Below, piece by piece: positions 51,816-63,771 of a DNA stretch of 64,000 nucleotides. Under the pieces are notes generated by a model that did no database searches, was not told where the DNA came from, and saw only the letters and a list, made by a program, of their open reading frames with translations. Within the stretch, counting starts at the first letter, position 1. Each line of letters starts with the position of its first letter. The stretch is from Anaeramoeba ignava BMAN (taxonomy: Eukaryota > Protista > Anaeramoebae). The translations under genes were made by a program, and so were the position numbers. Location: NCBI GenBank assembly GCA_028826165.1, contig JAPDFW010000081.1:124001-188000 (forward strand), written 5' to 3'.

Positions 51816-54800
51816 TCATTTATAATATTTAGATTTTGCTCCAATTCCTGAAGTTTGCAATTTATAAACATTATTCCCTCTTTTCAATAAATAACTATGA
51901 AAATTCAAATTATCCACAAAATCTTGAAAATTCCCAACTTGTAAACCAATAGATTGAGCCACATTGAAAAGTTCTTGAAGAGTGTACAAATTATTATAAG
52001 TTTGTTCAGAACGGCGGTTTAATTCATTGATGAATCTATTGACTTCATTTTTCTTACTAATTCCACTTCCACGAGAAGGATCAATTTGACCGAATTCATC
52101 AAAAAGAGTATCTGAAAGAGATTCGCGCATAATTTCAATTGCATCTTCAGCATCTTGACGAGTAACATCTTCTCTCAATTCGGCTTTTGCTTTGGCCTCT
52201 GATAGCCGAATCAAGGATTCAAGTTGTCTTGTTGTTATTGGTGTTGAGTTTGAGTTGCGATGCTTTGCGCGGAGATTAAGATAGAAGTCCTGGATCACTT
52301 GCTTGGCCTCTTGGGTCAAACCAGGAACAACATATTGTCTTGCATATGAAATGTATTTGCGCAATAGCACTGTTGGAATTGGATCCGTTTTGTTACCCTG
52401 AATCAATCGTGAGCGTAGTGTGCTTTTTTCATCTCTTTCAGGAAGTCCTCCTAGCATCAAAGAACTTTCTATGGAATTGCTTATGCTACTTTGTGTGAAT
52501 TTTTCATGCGCTTTATGCTGCGCTTTTGTTCTTTTGATCCGTTTTATATTGCTTTCTTTCCCGTAAAATTGGGAATAAATTTGTGAAGATTCTTTTGTTT
52601 GTTCTTGTGATTTCTTTTGTTTTTCTTTTGTTTTGGGTTGAGTATGAAGCGCCATAACATGTGCTGATAAAACTTCATCTCGCGCTTCATCTGGTCGGTC
52701 TAGTAAAATAAATACTAGATCAAATCTCGAAAGAAGTGCTGTTCCCATCTTTAAATTTTCATGCACTGTTTTGGATCGATTGTAATGTCCTCCAACTGGA
52801 TTTGCTGCGGCAATTATCGATGTTCTTGCTGGTAAATTGCATACAATCCCAGCTTTCGCTACTGAAACACTTTGTTGCTCCATTACTTCTAATAATGCTT
52901 GATGTTCTGTTGTCATTTTGTCAAATTCATCAATGCAATTATGCATGATAATTCCGTTTGATAGGAAGTTATTAGTTCCTTTCATTGTAAAATCGTAAAC
53001 GTATTCTATATTTTTAATTTCTTGTTTAGATGTAATTTCGTCAAAGAATATCCCATTTTTTAAATTTATATCTCCAACACAAATCTTATCTCCAACTTCA
53101 ATTTCGTTCACATACACCCACTTCATAAACTTGCTTTCTTCACACCCATTTTTATCATACTTCAAAATTTCATTATCTTCTGTTAGTTTAATTTTTCTTC
53201 CTGTTTTGCTAACTAATAAATATACTTTTTGTTTATTTAAAATCTTAAAAGCACGCTTAATTGCAAAAAAATCAAGTTTCCCGCTTATTAAATCTAATCC
53301 ATAAATTTTAAATTCTGGAAATAATTCTGAGTTCTCTTCTCTTGCATCTTTGAAAAGTTCCCCAAATGTTTTCTTCTCTCCATTTTCCAAATAAAACTCC
53401 GAATCATCTGTTGTACAACAAACTCCTCGATCTCCTAAAACAACTGCTCCCGCCTCCAAAATATAATCTCCAGATGAACTCTCTTTCATTACAGTTACTG
53501 TGTTATGAATAAAAACTCCGTTTACAAGAAAATTATGTGATCCTTCAATTGTGAAATCATATACATAAGGATATTTAGTCTCTTCTAAATCTATAGAAAT
53601 AATTTTACTCCATTCAACTTCAAATCCCTCTTGAATTATCATCTTGCTCTTTTCTTTCTCTTGTTCTTTGGAAACTTCGAAGCTCAAAAATTTTGAATCA
53701 TAATTTTGTTTTGATGTTGCTATCAAATTCCCAATATTCAAATCAACTGCTTTTTTCCAAATTAGATTGCTTATATTCAAAACATAACAATCGCGTATTT
53801 TCAGTAACAGTAATGTTTTCCCCATTTTCTAATTGAATAGATACCATATGATTTGGTGATTTAATTTTCCAAAACGCTTCAATTTTTTGTGGTTTAATTT
53901 TTAACGAAGAATCATCCAAAGAAGTGACTAAAAATTTCTCAATATCTGGTATTTCTTCATAATTAGATTTATCATTTTCATTTTCATTATTATTATAATT
54001 ATAATTATTCAATTTTGTACTATAAACTCCATCAGCTTCTTTTTGGGGTTTACCCTTTGTAAACGCGGTTTCTACAATATCACAAATTTTATAGCTTTTC
54101 CCATTAGAACTATTAAAAACAACAGAATCAGGAGCAACACACAATCCAGATGATGTTGTTGTATTTCCACAAACATATACTCCTCTTGGTGCAATATTTG
54201 CAATTGATCGAAGCATTTGTGAATTATGTGTTACAGTGCAATCCTCAAGTAAAAATCTTCCATTCCGATTAATTTCAAATCCACAATAATCACAATATCC
54301 TTTTTCTTCTTCACAAACAATATCAATTCTATTCATGAGTTTGTGCTTTAATATTTCTTTGTTGTTATTATCATATGCTTCATAATTTTTGTATTGTTTA
54401 TTTGATATTATTCCATATTTAAATTGCAAAGGTATTTCTTCAATTCTTTCTGAAAATATCTTCAATAAATAAATTCCTTGATTTGAATCTTTTGATAAAT
54501 TCATAGTCTCAATATAAAATTCATATCCAATAAATTTTAATAAATCTGCAACATCTTTTATTAATTTTGAAATTTTGGTCATTCTGAATTCCAAACTTTT
54601 TCTTTCATTATTAATTTTAATTCCAGAAGAAAAAATATTAGAATCAATCAATCCTGCAAGTAAATTTAGTTGATATTTTGGGCAATTATATTTATATTGA
54701 AAGGGAATATGCTTCTTCTTCTTTGTTAAAATATCGAGTTTCTTCATCTTCTGAAAAAATTCTTGTTTATTCGCTTTCAAAATGCATTGAATTTCTTGCG

Positions 54801-57211
54801 AAATTGTTTTTCTTAATAATCCATAACAATTAAGTTCATTAGATATTTTTGGAAGCATTTCAAAAAAATTAGATTCATTATCACTTCCAAGCCAAAGTCC
54901 AATTAAATAAGGTTCAATATTTACTCTTTTCTTAGGGAAAATAACAGGTACTCGAAATGCTTGATATTTTTGTTTAAATTCTTCAGACATACCTATATAC
55001 TCTTCAACAGAAATGTCCAAAGTATATTTTCTTTCATATTTACATTGTAAACGAATCGCTTTCTCAAGAGCTTTACTTTGATTTTGATTTTGATTTTCTT
55101 TGATTTTGTTTTTGTTAATTGGAATTCGTTTTATAATTGTTTTTTTATTTGTATCCATTTGAGAATTGATTAAAATTTGATATTGCTTTGCTTTTTCATC
55201 CCATCTTAAAATAGTTTTATGAAAAGAATCTATCAAAGTTAGTAAATGATACTTATTAACCTTGAAATCAGCTCCAAAATAATTTTTAATTTGAAACATT
55301 AAATCTTTTCCTTTTGAAATTGAAAGGACGATTCTTTGTTTAGAATCATCTCCCATTAATTTATCTCCAACAATAATATTTTTAGCTTTTTTTGTTACAC
55401 CTGAACTCATTAAAATCTTTGTATTTGGTGCCAAACATTTCCCTTTTAATTTTGATTTTGATTTTAATTTTGATTTTAATTTTAATTTTGAATTTGATTT
55501 TGATTTTGATTTAAATTGATTTTGATTTTAATTTTAATTTTAATTTTAATTTTGATTTTGATTTTAATTTTGATTTTGATTTTAAATTTGATTTTGATTT
55601 TGATTTTGATTTTGATTTTAATTTTGATTTTAATTTTGATTTTGATTTTAATTTTGATTTTAATTTAGATTTTGATTTTGATTTTGATTTGATTTTGATT
55701 TTGATTTTGATTTAAATTGATTTTGATTTTGATTTAAATTGATTTTGATTTTGATTTTAATTTTAATTTTAATTTTGATTTAAATTGATTTTGATTTTAA
55801 TTTACCTAATCCAGGATCTCCAACTACAAGAACATGAGGATCACTTCTAATTGATAAATTACCTTTGCTTTCATTAGCAGAATGTCGAGAACCTCCAAAT
55901 AAAGCAAGTGTCATCCCTGCTTTTACCATTTCATGCCCAAAAATTGAAGGACAAACTGAATTCACTATCAAACTAAACAAATTTTTCTCCTCAACAATTT
56001 CACGAATTGCATATAAATCAGTCAAAGAAAATTGAGGAAGAATCAAAGAACTATTATCAGTATTTTTTTCAGTAATAATCGAATGCACATTTACACAAAG
56101 ATAAAACATATTTTGCTGTTTTGATCTTCCTCTTCTTGGGTCTTGACTTTCAAGAGTAGTAACTTTAACAACACCAGAAACAATAACAACATCTCCAGGA
56201 ATACAAGAATCAACAAGATCCTCTGTTAGTTCACAATCCTGGAGTCTTGGAACACGACCTGAATCAACTTGATCATCTAGAAGCATTTCTTGAATTCTTA
56301 TTTTTTGCCAATCAAAGGTAACTGCTGAATCTCGATCAGGTTGAAAAGCATGACTTTTGCATCCAACAGAAGTGCAAATTGAAGGTGGATTGAGTTTCCC
56401 CTCTTTGAAATGACGCCGTATTCTTTGACTACATTTCAAACAAATAAAATCCATTTCTCTAACCATTGGTTTAATTGAACCAACTCTAATCACAGTTCCT
56501 TGTATTGATACAAATTTTTCAATGTTATTTGATTTAATTGCTCGAAGTTGTGTTAAGGGTTTCCAATTATATAATCTGACTGTAAGTTTTGGAAGAGGAA
56601 TATTAAACTTTTTTTGTTTTTTTTTCTTTTTTTCTTTAGAATTTTGATTTTGATTTTGATTTTGATTTTGATTTTGATTTTGATTTTGATTTTGATTTTG
56701 ATTTTGATTTTGAATTTCATTTTGATTTTGATTTTGATTTTGATTTTGAATTGTTTTTTTGAGAGAATTAACAATTCTAAAAAGAGCTAATCCTAATGTT
56801 TGAAAAACTGTTTCTGGTTGATGATATAAAACTTGTCTTAAATTTTGATGTTCTACTTTTTTTTCTAAAAGTTGAAAATCTAAATAAAGAACATTTGAAG
56901 TATTTAAATCACTCTAAAACAAACATAAACATAAATATAATCATAAATATAAATATAAATATAAATTCAATTTTAAACTGTTTTACTTCTAAATATAATG
57001 ATTCATTTTCTTCAAAAAATTTTTGGAATTTTTGTATTAAAATTAATCTAGGATCTTCTTTTTGAATATTTTCTTGGAAATCATCTGGAAAATATAAATT
57101 CCATCCAAATGTTTTTTGAGATTCATTTAAATTTAGATTTAAATCATTTTCTGAATCTGAATCTGAATCATTTATAAAACCAAATGTATCTTTCATTGAT
57201 CTCATTGTCAT
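51816..57211 (-). CDS. MCM8: MCM8 helicase precursor with three inteins; 4 exons; one apparent +1 frameshift inside intein 2
   Basis: GWNLYFP N-terminus, GRVPRLQDCELTEDLVDSCIPGD, CPSIFGHEMVKAG. After intein removal: GDPGLGK|SQML...VYVCGNTTTSSGL|TVT...LEAGAVVLGDRGVC|CIDEFDKM, then ALLSRFDL and ITTRQLESLIRL. Confidence 0.95.
52938..53417 (-). mobile_element. Intein 3 (mini-intein, 160 aa) immediately before Walker B
   Basis: Starts CTTDDSEFYLENG, ends YVYDFTMKGTNNFLSNGIIMHN followed by Cys-IDEFDK. Confidence 0.93.
53502..54141 (-). mobile_element. Intein 2 (mini-intein, ~213 aa, 640 nt = 3n+1) at GL|T
   Basis: Starts CVAPDSVV, ends YVYDFTIEGSHNFLVNGVFIHN followed by Thr. Confidence 0.9.
54223..55437 (-). 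mobile_element. Intein 1 (405 aa) in the MCM8 Walker A motif, with a degenerate LAGLIDADG-type endonuclease domain
   Basis: Starts CLAPNTKILMSSG, block B VNKYHLLTL, PYLIGLWLGS and LLAGLIDSN motifs, ends FLLEDCTVTHN followed by Ser. Confidence 0.93.
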
Positions 57212-57414
57212 TTTAATTTACAAAAAAAAATGAAAAAAAAATGAAAAATGAAAAAATTTTTTTTTAATCTTTTATAGTTTTTGATTTTTAAATTAAAAAG
57301 AATTTTTTAAAGTTTTTTAAAAAAAGGAAATTGATTTAAAAAAAGATTTAAATATTGGAAAAAGAATTTAAAAAGAATTTTAAAATTGATTTAAAAAAAA
57401 TAAATTAAAAAGAA

Positions 57415-57968
57415 TTTGATTTAAATATTAATTTAAATATTGATTTAAATATTGATTTAAATATTAATTTAAATATTGATTTAAATATTGATTTAAATAT
57501 TGATTTAAATATTTGATTTAAATATTGATTTAAATATTTATTTAAATATTGATTTAAATATTTGATTTAAATATTAATTTAAATATTTATTTAAATATTT
57601 GATTTAAATATTGATTTAAATATTGATTTAATTATTGATTTAAATATTGATTTAATAGTTTTGATTTAAATATTGATTTAAATATTGATTTAAATATTGA
57701 TTTAAATATTGATTTAAATATTGATTTAAATATTGATTTAAATATTGATTTAAATATTGATTTAAATATTGATTTAAATATTGATTTAAATATTGATTTA
57801 ATAGTTTTGATTTAAATATTGATTTAAATATTGATTTAAATATTGATTTAAATATTAATTTAAATATTAATTTAAATATTGAATTAAATATTGATTTAAA
57901 TATTGATTTAAATATTTATTTAAATATTATTGATTTAAATATTATTGATTTAATAGTTTTGATTTAAA
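57415..57968. repeat. 12-bp tandem repeat (gatttaaatatt)n; a shorter copy lies at ~61068-61205
   Basis: Direct reading; lies 3' of each ankyrin-BTB-TLDc copy. Confidence 0.9.
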
Positions 57969-60814
57969 TCAAATAAAATAACATTCAACTTCCGAAACTT
58001 GCCAATTTGAATAAGAACCTGCTAAATAACTTTTTGATTCATTAGTATTATAATTAATTCCTTGTGGAAGTTGATATGCATGCCCAAAATTTGAATAACC
58101 TGGTTGTAAATTTGAACCAAGATAAAAATCATGACCTCCTCCAAAAACTGGTCCATAACTTGTATTATAATGAATTGCATTTCCTTCAGATCCATTCTTG
58201 ATTGGAAATTTTTGAGGTGGTTTTTTGGAATTTTCTAAACTGAAAATAAAAGCATCTTTATCAGAAATATAAGATCCACTTGAATATGATGATTTGAAAC
58301 CAACTTTAGTAAATCCTCCAAAAATGTAATTATCTGTAGTTTTAATAATTATTAATGTTTTTCCTTTGTTATCAGTTTTAGAATGAAATGTTTGTGCTGA
58401 AAATCCATAATTTTTAGCTGAGAATCCAATTTTCATTTTATTGAAAAATTCATCATCTGAAATCCATTGTTTCAATTTTTTCATAAATTTAATTTTTTCG
58501 ATAATTGTTGATTGAGTAAATGGTTTTTGTAATTCATGTTCACTCTTAATCTTTTCGATTTTTTGATCTTTTTCTTGAATTGTTTGATCTTTTTCTTGAA
58601 TTGTTTGTTGAATTTTTTGAAGTTCTTGATTTTTTTCTTGTTGAATTTTTTCAAGTTTTTTTTGTTGTTCAATTCTTTGAATTCTTAAATGTTCAATTCC
58701 AACTAAAAAAATATCAGGAAGAAATCCAAATTTTTGAACTTTTTTTAACGCTTCATCTTCAATAGAATTGATATTAATTTTGAGAATAAATTCTTTAATC
58801 ATTTTAGAAAGTGTTTCTGATTTTGTAATTTCATCAATTTCATCAGGAATTGCTTTGATTTTTTCTTTTCCCCATTTTTGAATCATTTCAAATAATTCAA
58901 TTCCTAAATTTGACCAAATATTTGTTCCTTTTTCCAAAATATAAATAAGTTGTTCTTTGGTTAATTTTGTTATATTTTCTTGTTGAATTAGTTTATCAAA
59001 GTTTTTAATCATAAATTTCAAACAATATTTATTCAATTTTTTTGATTGGATTTTTTGATTTTATGAATAAATAATCACACACATTATTTTCATTAATGTT
59101 TTTAATAATTTGTTCTTGAAGAAAATTTGCAAGTAAATTTAGTTGAAATTTATTTGAAAAAACCCACAAATCAAGCAAATTTTGTATATTGAATTCTATT
59201 TTACTTGTGTAAATATATTTGATTAACTTTTTCATAATTTTTGATTTAATTTCTGGAAAATAAACATCTTTTGTTATTTTTTCTTTAAAAAAAAGAGCAA
59301 AAAAAGGACTTCTTGCACTTAAAATAGATTTATGACAAGGAAATTCTTTTAAATTTTTTCCTACTTTAATTGTAACATCTGAATGATTTTCTTTTGTTTC
59401 CAAAAATTCACAATAATCTTGAATAAATGCTTGTGTAAATTTTTGAATGTTTTCAATATCAACTTGTTCAAATTTTCCATTGTTTTCAATTACTTTTTTA
59501 AATTAAGAAAGAAAAATGAATAAAATGAAAAATGAATTTCAAAAAAAAAAATTGTTTTAATAAATGATTTACTTTTTTCATTATTAATTTCATTATCAAT
59601 TTCATTATCAATTTCATTATCAATTTCATTATCAATTTCATTATCAATTTCATTATCAATTTCACTACTAGTTTGATTATCAATTTCATCTTCAATTTCA
59701 TCTTCAATTTTCTTATTATCTTTTTCTCTAAAAACAAAAATCATAAGAAATTTTGATTTTGATTTTGATATTGATTTTGATTTTGATTTTCAAATTGATT
59801 TTCATTTTGATTTTGATTTTAATTTTGATTTTCATTTTGATTTTGATTTTGATTTTGATTTTGATTTTGATTTTGATTTTGAATTTGATTTTAATTTTGA
59901 TTTTGATTTTAATTTTGATTTTAATTTTGATTTTGATTTTGATTTTGATTTTCATTTTGATTTTGATTTTAATTTTGATTTTGATTTTGATTTTAATTTT
60001 GATTTTGATTTTGATTTTGATTTTGATTTTGATTTTGATTTTGATTTTGATTTTGAATTTAATTTTGATTTTGTTTTTGAATTTGATTTTGATTTTGATT
60101 TTGATTTTGATTTTGATTTTGATTTTAATTTTGATTTTGATTTTGATTTTGATTTTAATTTTGATTTTGATTTTAATTTTGATTTTGATTTTGATTTTGA
60201 TTTTGATTTTGATTTAAATATTGATTTAATTATTGATTTAAATATTGATTTAAATATTGATTTAAATTTTGATTTTAATTTTGTTACATTATTTGATTTA
60301 ATGTTTTGTTTCTTCTTGTAAATATAATTCTTTTAGTTTTTTGATTTAATCTTTGAGGAATTTTTTTTAAAAATTTTTGAGGACTTGATAAAACAGAAAC
60401 ACATTGATCATGTTTAAGTTTTGCAGCAATTTGTTGAGGGAAATGTCCTCTTAAATTTGCAACTTGTTTTGCATTATGACTTAAAAGTGAAACAATTATA
60501 TTAAAATTTCCAGTTAAACAAGCTTTGTGGAGAGGTGTATTTCCTTCATCATCTTGAATATTTGGATCAGCTCCATTTTCTAAAAGCTTTTTAAAAATTA
60601 AAAATTAAAAAATTAAAAATTAAAAATTAAAAAATTAAAATTAAAATGATTAAAAGATATTTACAAAATTAACAATATCAATTCCAGAAGCTTGAACTGC
60701 AAAATGAAGAAGTGTTTTTCCTAATGAAATTTTTTGATTAATATTCCCTTCTTCTTGAATAAATTTTTTAACTTCTTTTAATTTCAAATTTTCAATATTT
60801 TTGAAAATAGACAT
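57969..60814 (-). CDS. Ankyrin-BTB-BACK-coiled coil-TLDc protein, copy A; 4 exons; 1-nt insertion near 59060 (pseudogene or assembly error)
   Basis: 5' exons encode GKTLLHFAV...LLENGADPNIQDDEGNTPLHKAC and splice through an acidic exon into BTB (FPCHKSILSARSPFF) and TLDc. Frame break 'ttc ata aaa tca' versus 'ttc gca aat caa' in copy B. Confidence 0.85.
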
Positions 60815-61205
60815 TGTAAGTTTGTTAGTTTGATTGTGTTAGTTTGATTGTGTTAGTTTGTTTTAATTATAAAAAATTAAAAAGAAATGAAAAAAATGGA
60901 ATTTAAAAAAATTTTTTGTTTTTATTTCTTTTTTTTTTTAATTAAAAAATTTTTTGGATCAATAAACTGTCGAATTTTATATTTTTTTTTCTGTCGAATT
61001 TTTATTTAATTATTTAATTACTTGTTTAAATGACTTTAAGAAATTAAAAAGAAAATTAAAAATAAATTGATTTAAATATTGATTTAAATATTTGATTTAA
61101 ATATTATTGATTTAAATATTATTGATTTAAATATTGATTTAAATATATTGATTTAAATATTAATTTAAATATTAATTTAAATATTGATTTAAATATTGAT
61201 TTAAA

Positions 61206-63771
61206 TCAAATAAAATAACATTCAACTTCCGAAACTTGCCAATTTGAAGAACCTGCTAAATAATTTTTTGATTCATCAGTATTATAATTAATTCCTTGTG
61301 GAAGATGATATGTATGCCCAAAATTTGAAGAACCTGATTTTAAATTTGAACCAAGATAAAAATCATGACCTCCTCCAAAAACTGGTCCATAGTTTGAATG
61401 GTTATAAATTGCATTTCCTTCAGATCCATTCTTGATTGGAAATTTTTGAGGAGATTTTTTGGAATTTTCTAAACTGAAAATAAAAGCATCTTTATCAGAA
61501 ATATAAGATCCACTCAAGTATGAATTGAAACCAACTTGAGTAAATCCTCCAAAAATGTAATTATTTGTAGTTTTAATAATTATTAATGTTTTTCCTTTGT
61601 TATTAGTTTGAGAATGAAATGTTTGTGCTGAAAATCCATAATTTTTAGCTGAGAATCCAATTTTCATTTTATTGAAAAATTCATCATCTGAAATCCATTG
61701 TTTCAATTTTTTCATAAATTCGATTTTTTCGATAATTGTTGATTGAGTAAATGGTTTTTGTAATTCATGTTCACTCTTAATCTTTTTAATTGTTTGAACT
61801 TTTTCTTGTTGAATCTTTTGTATTTGTTGATCTTTTTCTTGTTGAATCTTTTGTATTTTTTGATCTTTTTCTTGTTGAATTTTTTGTATTTGTTGATCTT
61901 TTTCTTGAATTGTTTGATCTTTTTCTTGAATTGTTTGATCTTTTTCTTGAATTGTTTGTTGAATTTTTTGAAGTTCTTGATTTTTTTCTTGTTGAATTTT
62001 TTCAAATTTTTTTTGTTGTTTAATTCTTTGAATTCTTGAATACTCTATTCCAATTAAAAAAATATCAGGAAGAAATTCAAATTTTTGAACTTTTTTTAAC
62101 GCTTCATCTTCAATAGAATTGATATTAATTTTGAGAATAAATTCTTTAATCATTTTAGAAAGTGTTTCTGATTTTGTAATTTCATCAATTTCATCAGGAA
62201 TTGCTTTGATTTTTTCTTTTCCCCATTTTTGAATCATTTCAAATAATTCAATTCCTAAATTTGACCAAATATTTGTTCCTTTTTCCAAAATATAAATAAG
62301 TTGTTCTTTGGTTAATTTTGTTATATTTTCTTGTTGAATTAGTTTATCAAAGTTTTTAATCATAAATTTCAAACAATATTTATTCAATTTTTTTGATTGG
62401 ATTTTTTGATTTGCGAATAAATAATCACACACATTATTTTCATTAATGTTTTTAATAATTTGTTCTTGAAGAAAATTTGTAAGTAAATTTAGTTGAAATT
62501 TATTTGAAAAAACCCACAAATCAAGCAAATTTTGTATATCGAATTCTATTTTACTTGTGTAAATATATTTGATTAACTTTTTCATAATTTTTGATTTAAT
62601 TTCTGGAAAATAAACATCTTTTGTTATTTTTTCTTTAAAAAAAAGAGCAAAAAAAGGACTTCTTGCACTTAAAATAGATTTATGACAAGGAAATTCTTTT
62701 AAATTTTTTCCTACTTTAATTGTAACATCTGAATGATTTTCTTTTGTTTCCAAAAATTTACAATAATCTTGAATAAATGCTTGTGTAAATTTTTGAATGC
62801 TTTCAATATCAACTTGTTCAAATTTTTCATTGTTTTCAATTACTTTTTTAAATTAAGAAAGAAAAATGAATAAAATGAAAAATGAATTTCAAAAAAAAAA
62901 ATTGTTTTAATAAATAATTTACTTTTTTCATTATTAATTTCATTATCAGTTTCATTATCAATTTCGTTATCAATTTCATTATCAATTTCATTATCAATTT
63001 CACTATCAATTTCATCTTCAATTTTCTTATTATCTTTTTCTCTAAAAACAAAAATCATAAGAAATTTTGATTTTGATTTTGATTTTGATTTTGATTTTGA
63101 TTTTGATTTTAATTTTGATTTTGATTTTGATTTTAATTTTGATTTTGATTTTGATTTTGATTTTGATTTTAATTTTGATTTTGATTTTAATTTTAATTTT
63201 GATTTTCATTTTGATTTTAATTTTGATTTTGTTACATTATTTGTTGATTTGATGCTTTGTTTCTTCTTATAAATATAATTCTTTTGGTTTTTTGATTTAA
63301 TCTTTGAGGAATTTTTTTTAAAAATTTTTGAGGACTTGATAAAACAGAAACACATTGATCATGTTTAAGTTTTGCAGCAATTTGTTGAGGGAAATGTCCT
63401 CTTAAATTTGCAACTTGTTTTGCATTATGACTTAAAAGTGAAACAATTATATTAAAATTTCCAGTTAAACAAGCTTTATGAAGAGGTGTATTTCCTTCAT
63501 CATCTTGAATATTTGGATCAGCTCCATTTTCTAAAAGCTTTTAAAAATTAAAAATTAAAAATTAAAAAATTAAAAATTAAAAATTAAAAAATTAAAATTA
63601 AAATGATTAAAAGATATTTACAAAATTAACAATATCAATTCCAGAAGCTTGAACTGCAAAATGAAGAAGTGTTTTTCCTAATGAAATTTTTTGATTAATA
63701 TTCCCTTCTTCTTGAATAAATTTTTTAACTTCTTTTAATTTCAAATTTTCAATATTTTTGAAAATAGACAT
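61206..63771 (-). CDS. Ankyrin-BTB-BACK-coiled coil-TLDc protein, copy B (intact); 4 exons
   Basis: Same exon structure as copy A, with an uninterrupted 515-aa terminal ORF. Confidence 0.9.

Noticed and set aside
53770-53788. A 19-nt GT-AG micro-intron (gttatgttttgaatataag) that would fix the intein 2 frame
   Set aside because: All other introns here are about 60 nt or longer, and removal would delete the strand after block B. A 1-nt indel is simpler; cDNA would decide.
59728-60217. Poly-IL / poly-KI ORFs (also 3995-4342, 45432-45659, 47456-47798, 56553-56774, 63067-63252)
   Set aside because: Hexamer microsatellites in introns or intergenic DNA; no protein-like complexity.
57969-61700. Diversity-generating retroelement explaining TLDc variation
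   Set aside because: Differences are not restricted to adenines, whole genes with introns are duplicated, and no reverse transcriptase is present.
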